Source: the human T2T-CHM13v2.0 reference genome, Homo sapiens. From it: 64,000 bases of DNA. Below the pieces are notes generated by a model, which saw nothing but the letters and a program-made list of their open reading frames with translations, was not told the origin of the DNA and searched no databases. Where the stretch lies: positions 10,048,001 to 10,112,000 of the forward strand of contig CP068257.2 in the NCBI GenBank assembly GCA_009914755.4, in the 5' to 3' direction. Shown here in pieces: positions 56,947 through 64,000 of this stretch. The translations under genes were made by a program, and so were the position numbers. The first letter of the stretch is position 1. Every line of letters starts with the position of its first letter.

Positions 56947-59156
56947 AGTTTTTGTGAAGATATTTCCGTTTTCACCATAGACCTCAAAAGGCCTACATAT
57001 ATCCCTTTGCAGATTCTACAAAAAGACTATTTCCAAACTGCTCAATCAAAGAAAGCTTCCACTCTGTGAGATGAATGCACACATCACAGAGAAGTTTCTC
57101 AAAAAGTTTCTGTCTAGTTTTATTTGTTGATACTCCCTTTTTCACCATAGGCCTCAAATCGCTCATGAATAACTCTTTGCAGATTCTACAAGAAGACTGT
57201 TTCCAAACTACTCAATCAAAAGAAAGCTTCATCTCTGTGAGGTGAATGCACACATCATAAAGAAGTTTCTCAGAAAGCTTCTGTCTAGTTTTTATTTGAA
57301 GATGTTTCCTTTTTCAATATAGGCCTCAAAGTGCTCACAAATGTCCCTTTACAGATTTTAAAAAAAGACTGTTACCAAACTGCTCAACTGAAACAAAGCT
57401 TCAACTCTTTGAGATGAATGCACACATCACAAAGAAGTTTCTCAGAAAGCTTCCGTCCAGTTTTTATGTGAAGATATTTCCTTTTTCACCATAAGTCTCA
57501 AAGCATTCAAATTATCACTTTGCAGATTCTACAAAAAGACATTTTCCAACCTGCTCTATCTAAAGAAAGGTTTAACTCTGTGAGAAGAATGCACACATCA
57601 AAAATAAGTTTCTCAGAATGCTTCTGTCTAGTTTTTATCTGAAGACATTTCCTTTTTCACCATAGACCAAAAAGGGATCCCAAATATCCCTTTGTACATT
57701 CTACAAAGGACTGTTTCCAAACTGCTCAATCCAAAGACAGGTTCAACTTTTGGGATGAATGCACACATCACAACGAAGTTTCTCAGAAAGCTTCTGTCTA
57801 GTTTTTGTGTGAAGATATTACTTTTTTCACCATAGGCTTCAAAGGGCTCACAAATATCACAAAGCAGATTCTACAAAAAGACTCTATCCAAACTGGTCAA
57901 GGAAAAGAACACTTCAAATCTGTGAGATGAATGTGCACATCTCAAAGAATTTTCTCAGAAAGCTTCTGTCTAGTTTTTATGTGAAGATATTTCCGTTTTC
58001 ACCATAGACCTGAAACCGCCTATATATAACCCTTTTCAGATTCTACAAAAAGACTGTTTCCAAACGGCTCAATCAAAGAAAGTTTCTACTCTGTGAGATG
58101 AATGCACACATCACAGGGAAGTTTTTCAGAACGTTTCTGTCTAGTTTTTATTTGTCGATACTCCCTTTTTCACCATAGGCCTTAAACTGCTCATAAATAA
58201 CCCTTTGCAGGTTCTACAAAAGGACTATTTCCAAACTGCTCAATCAAATGAAATTTCAGCTGTGTGAGATGAATGCACACATCAAAAAGAAGTTTCTCAG
58301 AACGTTTCTGTCTAGTTTTTATGTGAAGATACTTCTTTTTCACCATAAACCTCAAAGCGTTCCCAAATTTTCCTTTGCAGATTCTATGAAAAGACTGTTT
58401 CCAAACTGCTCAATCAAAAGAAAGGTTCAACTTTTTGTGATGAATGCAGACATCACAACGAACTTTCTCAGAAGGCTTCTGTCTAGATTTTATTTGTGGA
58501 TATTTCCTTTTTCACAATAGGCCTCAGAAAGCTCACAAATATCACTTTGCATATTCTACAAAAAGACTGTTTCCAATCTGCTCAATGAAAGAAAATTCAA
58601 CTCTGTGAGATGAATGCATGCATCACAAAGTGGTTTCTCAGAATGTTTCTGTCTAGTTTTTATATGAAGATATTTCCTTTTTCATCACATGCCTCAAACC
58701 ATTCAAAAACATCCCTTTGCAGATTCTCCAAAAAGACTTTTTACAAACTGCTCAATCAAAAGAAAGATTCAAGTCTTTGAGATGCATACACCCATTACAA
58801 AGAAGTTTCCCAGAAAACATGAGTCTAGTTTTTATGTGAAGATATTTCCTTTTTCACCATAAGCCTCAAAGCATTCACAAATATCACTTTGCATTTTCTA
58901 TGAAAAGACTGTTTCCAAACTGGTCAATCAAAAGAAGTTTCAACCCTGTGAGATGAATGCACACATCACAAAGAAGTTCTTCAGAAAGCTACTGTCTACA
59001 TTTTATTTTTTGATATTTCCTTTTTCACCATTGGATTCAAACCACTGAAACATATCACTTTGCAGATTCTACAAAAAGACTTTTTCCAAACTGCCCAATC
59101 AAAAGAAAGGCTCAACTCTGTGAGATGAATGCACACATCACAAGGAAGTTTCTCAG
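56947..59156 (-). repeat. Alpha satellite layer E: same family, opposite orientation (reverse complement of consensus), D-like monomer type
   Basis: From 56947 the sequence reads 'agtttttgtgaagatatttccgttttcaccatagacctcaaa...ctgctcaatcaaagaaag...gtgagatgaatgcacacatcacagagaagtttctc', which is the reverse complement of alpha monomers. 171-bp period kept. Confidence 0.9.
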
Positions 59157-60726
<1,570 letters not shown>

Positions 60727-63700
60727 ATAAAATAAAGTGCACATCACAAAGAAGTTTCTCAGAAAGTTTCTTTTTAGTTTTTATGTGAAGATATTTCCTT
60801 TTTCACCATAGTCCACAAAGTGCACCAAATATCTTTTGCAGATGATTGTACAAAAAGAGTTTCTCCAAACTGCTCAATCAAAGGAAAGTTTCATCTCTGT
60901 GAGATGAAAGCACAAATCACAAAGAAGTTACTCAGAATGCTTCTGTCTAGTTTTTAAATGAAGGTATTTCCTGTTACACCATAGGCCTCAAAGGGCTCAC
61001 AGATATCCTTTTGCAGATTCTACAAAAACACTGTTACAGAATTGCTCAATGAAAAGTAAGTTTCAACTCTGTGAGATGAATTCACACCTAAAAAAAGAAG
61101 TTTCTCAGAATGCTTCTGTCTAGTTTTTATGTGAAGATATTTCTTTGTCACCATAGGCCTCAAACCGCTCAGAAATATCCCTATGCAGATGTTACAAAAA
61201 GACTGTTTCCAAACTGCTCAATGAAAAGAAAGATTCTACTCTGTGAGATGAAAGCACATATCACAAAGAATTTTCTCAGAAAGTTTTTGTCTAGCTTATA
61301 TGTGAAGACATTTCCTCTTTCACCATAGGCCTCAATGGGCTCAAAAACGTCTCTTTTCAGATACTACAAAAGGCCTCTTTCCAAACTGCTCAATCAAAAG
61401 AAAGTTTCAACTCTGTGAGATGAAAGCACACATCACAAATAAGTTTCTCAGAATGTTTGTTTAGTTTTATGTGAAGATATTTCCTGTTTCACTGTAGGCC
61501 ATAAATGACTCACAAATATCCCTTTGCAGACTCTACAAAAAGACAGTTTGCAAACAGCTCAATCAAAAACAAAGGTTCAACTATGTGAGACGAATGGACA
61601 CATCACAAAGAAGTTTCTCAGAAGGCTTCTGCCTAGTTTTTATGTGAAGATATGTCTTTTTCACCATAGGCCTCAAATGGCTAAGAAATATCCCTTTGCA
61701 GATTGTACAAAAAGACTGTTTCCAAATTGCTCAATGAAAAGACAGGTTCAACTCTGTGAGATAAGTGCACACATGAAAAAGAAGTTTCTCAGAATGCTTC
61801 TGTCTAGTTTTTATCTGACATAGTTATTTTTCACCATAGGCCTCAAATGGTTCAGAAATATCCCTTTGCATATTGTACTAAAAGACTGTTTCCAAACTGT
61901 CAAATGCAAAGAAAGGTTCAACTCTGTGAGATGAATGCAAACATCAAAAAGAAGTTTCTCAGAAAGTTTCTGTCTAGTTTTTATGTGAAGATAATTCCTT
62001 CTTCACAATAGGCCTCAAAGTGCTCCAAATATCCATTTTCAGATTACACAAAAAGACTGTTTCCAAACGGCTCAATCACAAAAAAAGTTCAACTCTGTGA
62101 GATGAATGCACACATCATAAAGAAGTTTCTCAGAATACTTCTGTCTAGTTTTGATGTGAAGATATTTCCTTTTTCACCATAGGCCTTAAACGGCTCCCAA
62201 ATATCCCTCTGCAGATACTACAAAAAGGCTGCTTGAAAACTGTTCAATCAAAGGAATCCTTCATCTCTGTGAGATGAAACCACACATCACAAAGAAGTTC
62301 CTCATAATGCTTCTGTCTGGTTTTTATGTGAAGATATTTCATATTTCACCATAGGCCTCAAAGAGCTCACAAATATCCCTTTGCAGACTCTACAAAAAGA
62401 CTGTTTCAAACTGCTCCATGCAAAGAAAGGTTCAACTCTGTGAGACGAATGCACACATAAAAAAGAAGTTTCTCACAATTCTTCTGTTTAGTTTTTATGT
62501 GAAGATATTCCTTTTTCACTATAGGCACCAAACCGTTCAGAAATATCCCTTTGTAGACTACAAAAAGACTGTTTCCAAACTGCTCAATCAAAAGAAAGTT
62601 TCAAACCTGTTAGATGAAAGCACACATCACAAAGAAGTTTCTCAGAATACTTCTGTCTAGTTTTTATGTGAAGATATTTCTTTTTCACCATAGGCCTCAA
62701 ACCCCTCAGAAATATCCCTTTGCAGATTGTAGATAAAGACTGCTTCCTAACTGCTCAATCAAAAGAACAGTTCAACTCTGTGAGATGAAAGCACACGTCA
62801 CAAAGAAGTTTCTCAGAAATCTTCTGTCTAGTTTTTATGTGAAGATATTTCCCTTCTAATGATAGGCCTCAAAGCAATCCAATTATCAATTTGCAGATTC
62901 TACAAAATACTCTTTCCAAACTGCTCAATCAAAAGAAATTTTCAACTCTGTGAGATGAAAGCATACATCACAAAGAAGTTCTTCAGAAAGTTTCTCACTA
63001 GATTTTATGTGAAGATATTTAGTTTTTCACCACAAGCCACAAAGTGCTCCAAATATCCTTTTGCAGATACTTCAAAAAGAGTTTTTCCAAACTGCTCAAT
63101 CAAAACAAAGTTTCAACTCTGTGAGAGGAATGCAAACATCACAAAGAAGTTTCTCAAAATGCTTCTGTCTAGTTTTCCTTTGAAGATATTTCCCATTTCA
63201 CCATGGGCCTCAGTGGGCTCACATATATCCTCTTCCAAATTCTACAAAAAGACTGTTTCTGAATTTCTCAATGAAGAGAAAGGTTCAACTCTGGGAGATG
63301 AATGCACACATGAATAATAAGTTTCTCAGAATGCCTCTGTCTAGTTTTTGTGTTAAGATATTTGTTTTTCACCGTAGGCCTCAAACTTCTCAGAAATATC
63401 CCTTTGTAGATTGTACAAAAAGATGGTTTCCAAACTGCTCAATGAAAACAAAGGTTCAACACTGTGACATGAATACTCACATCACAGAGAAGTTTTTCAG
63501 AAAGCTTCTGTTTAGTTTTTAAGTGAAAATATTTCCTTTTTCACCATAGGCCTCAAAGCAATCCAAATATCCTTTTGCAAACTCTACAAAAAGAGAGTTT
63601 CCAAACTGTTCAATTAAAAAAAAGATTCAAATCTGTGAGAAGAAAGCACACATCATGAAGAAGTTTCCCATAATGCTTCTGTCTACTTTTTTTGTGAAGA

Positions 63701-64000
63701 TATTTCCTATATCACCATAGGCCTCAAAGATCTCACAAATATCCCTTTGCAGACTCTACAAAAAGACAGTTTTCGGACTGCTAAATGAAAAGAAAGGTTC
63801 AATTCTGTGAGACGAATGCACACATATTAATTAGTTTATCATAATGCTTCTGTCTAGTTTTTATGTGAAGATATTTCTTTTTCACCATAGGCATCAAACC
63901 GTTCAGAATTATCCCTTTGTAGATTGTACAAAAAGACTGTTTCCAAACTGCTCAATCAAAAGAAAGGTTCAAACCGGTGAGATGAATGCACACATAAAAG
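60727..64000 (-). repeat. Alpha satellite layer E continued (inverted orientation) to window end
   Basis: Reverse-complement alpha monomers ('ttcaccataggcctcaaa...ctgtttccaaactgctcaatcaaaagaaaggttcaactctgtgagatgaatgcacacatcacaaagaagtttctcagaatgcttctgtctagtttttatgtgaagatatttcc'). Confidence 0.9.

Overview
This window reads as primate (almost certainly human) pericentromeric satellite DNA. I see no protein-coding locus and no prokaryote-style gene system, and I did not find the undescribed system the prompt hints at. Layout from left to right: (1) 1-3592 is HSat3-like (GGAAT)n pentameric satellite carrying two copies of an embedded ~70-bp Alu 3'-end fragment. (2) 3593-5307 is a doubly truncated minus-strand L1 fragment (partial 5'UTR, ORF1, first ~545 nt of ORF2) sitting exactly at the HSat3/alpha-satellite junction. 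(3) 5308-56946 is ~51 kb of 171-bp alpha satellite in consensus orientation, falling into at least four sequence layers: A (dimeric, 'ggacatttgg' type), B ('ggatatttgg'/'ctacacagaag' type), C (homogeneous 'ctagacagaagcattctgag' type) and D ('gcaaagggatatttgtgag' type). It is interrupted by a full-length decayed L1 on the plus strand (21982-28167, with a target-site duplication, TSD) and two 5'-truncated L1 3' ends (43006-43420 minus, 45054-45938 plus), both with TSDs. (4) The alpha-satellite strand switches abruptly at ~56946 (layer E, inverted, to 64000). Layer E contains a twin-priming-type L1 (59157-60726: inverted ORF2 segment plus direct 3' end). All alpha monomers I read are A-type (pJalpha-like 'ttcctttttcaccatag' motif) and I found no intact CENP-B box, so this looks like old monomeric or decayed-HOR pericentromeric alpha satellite, not an active centromere core. 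The six-frame ORFs across the satellites are translation artefacts of tandem repeats; only the L1 ORF1/ORF2 remnants are real (pseudogenic) coding sequence. All coordinates are approximate (about +/-10 bp) and were read by eye.
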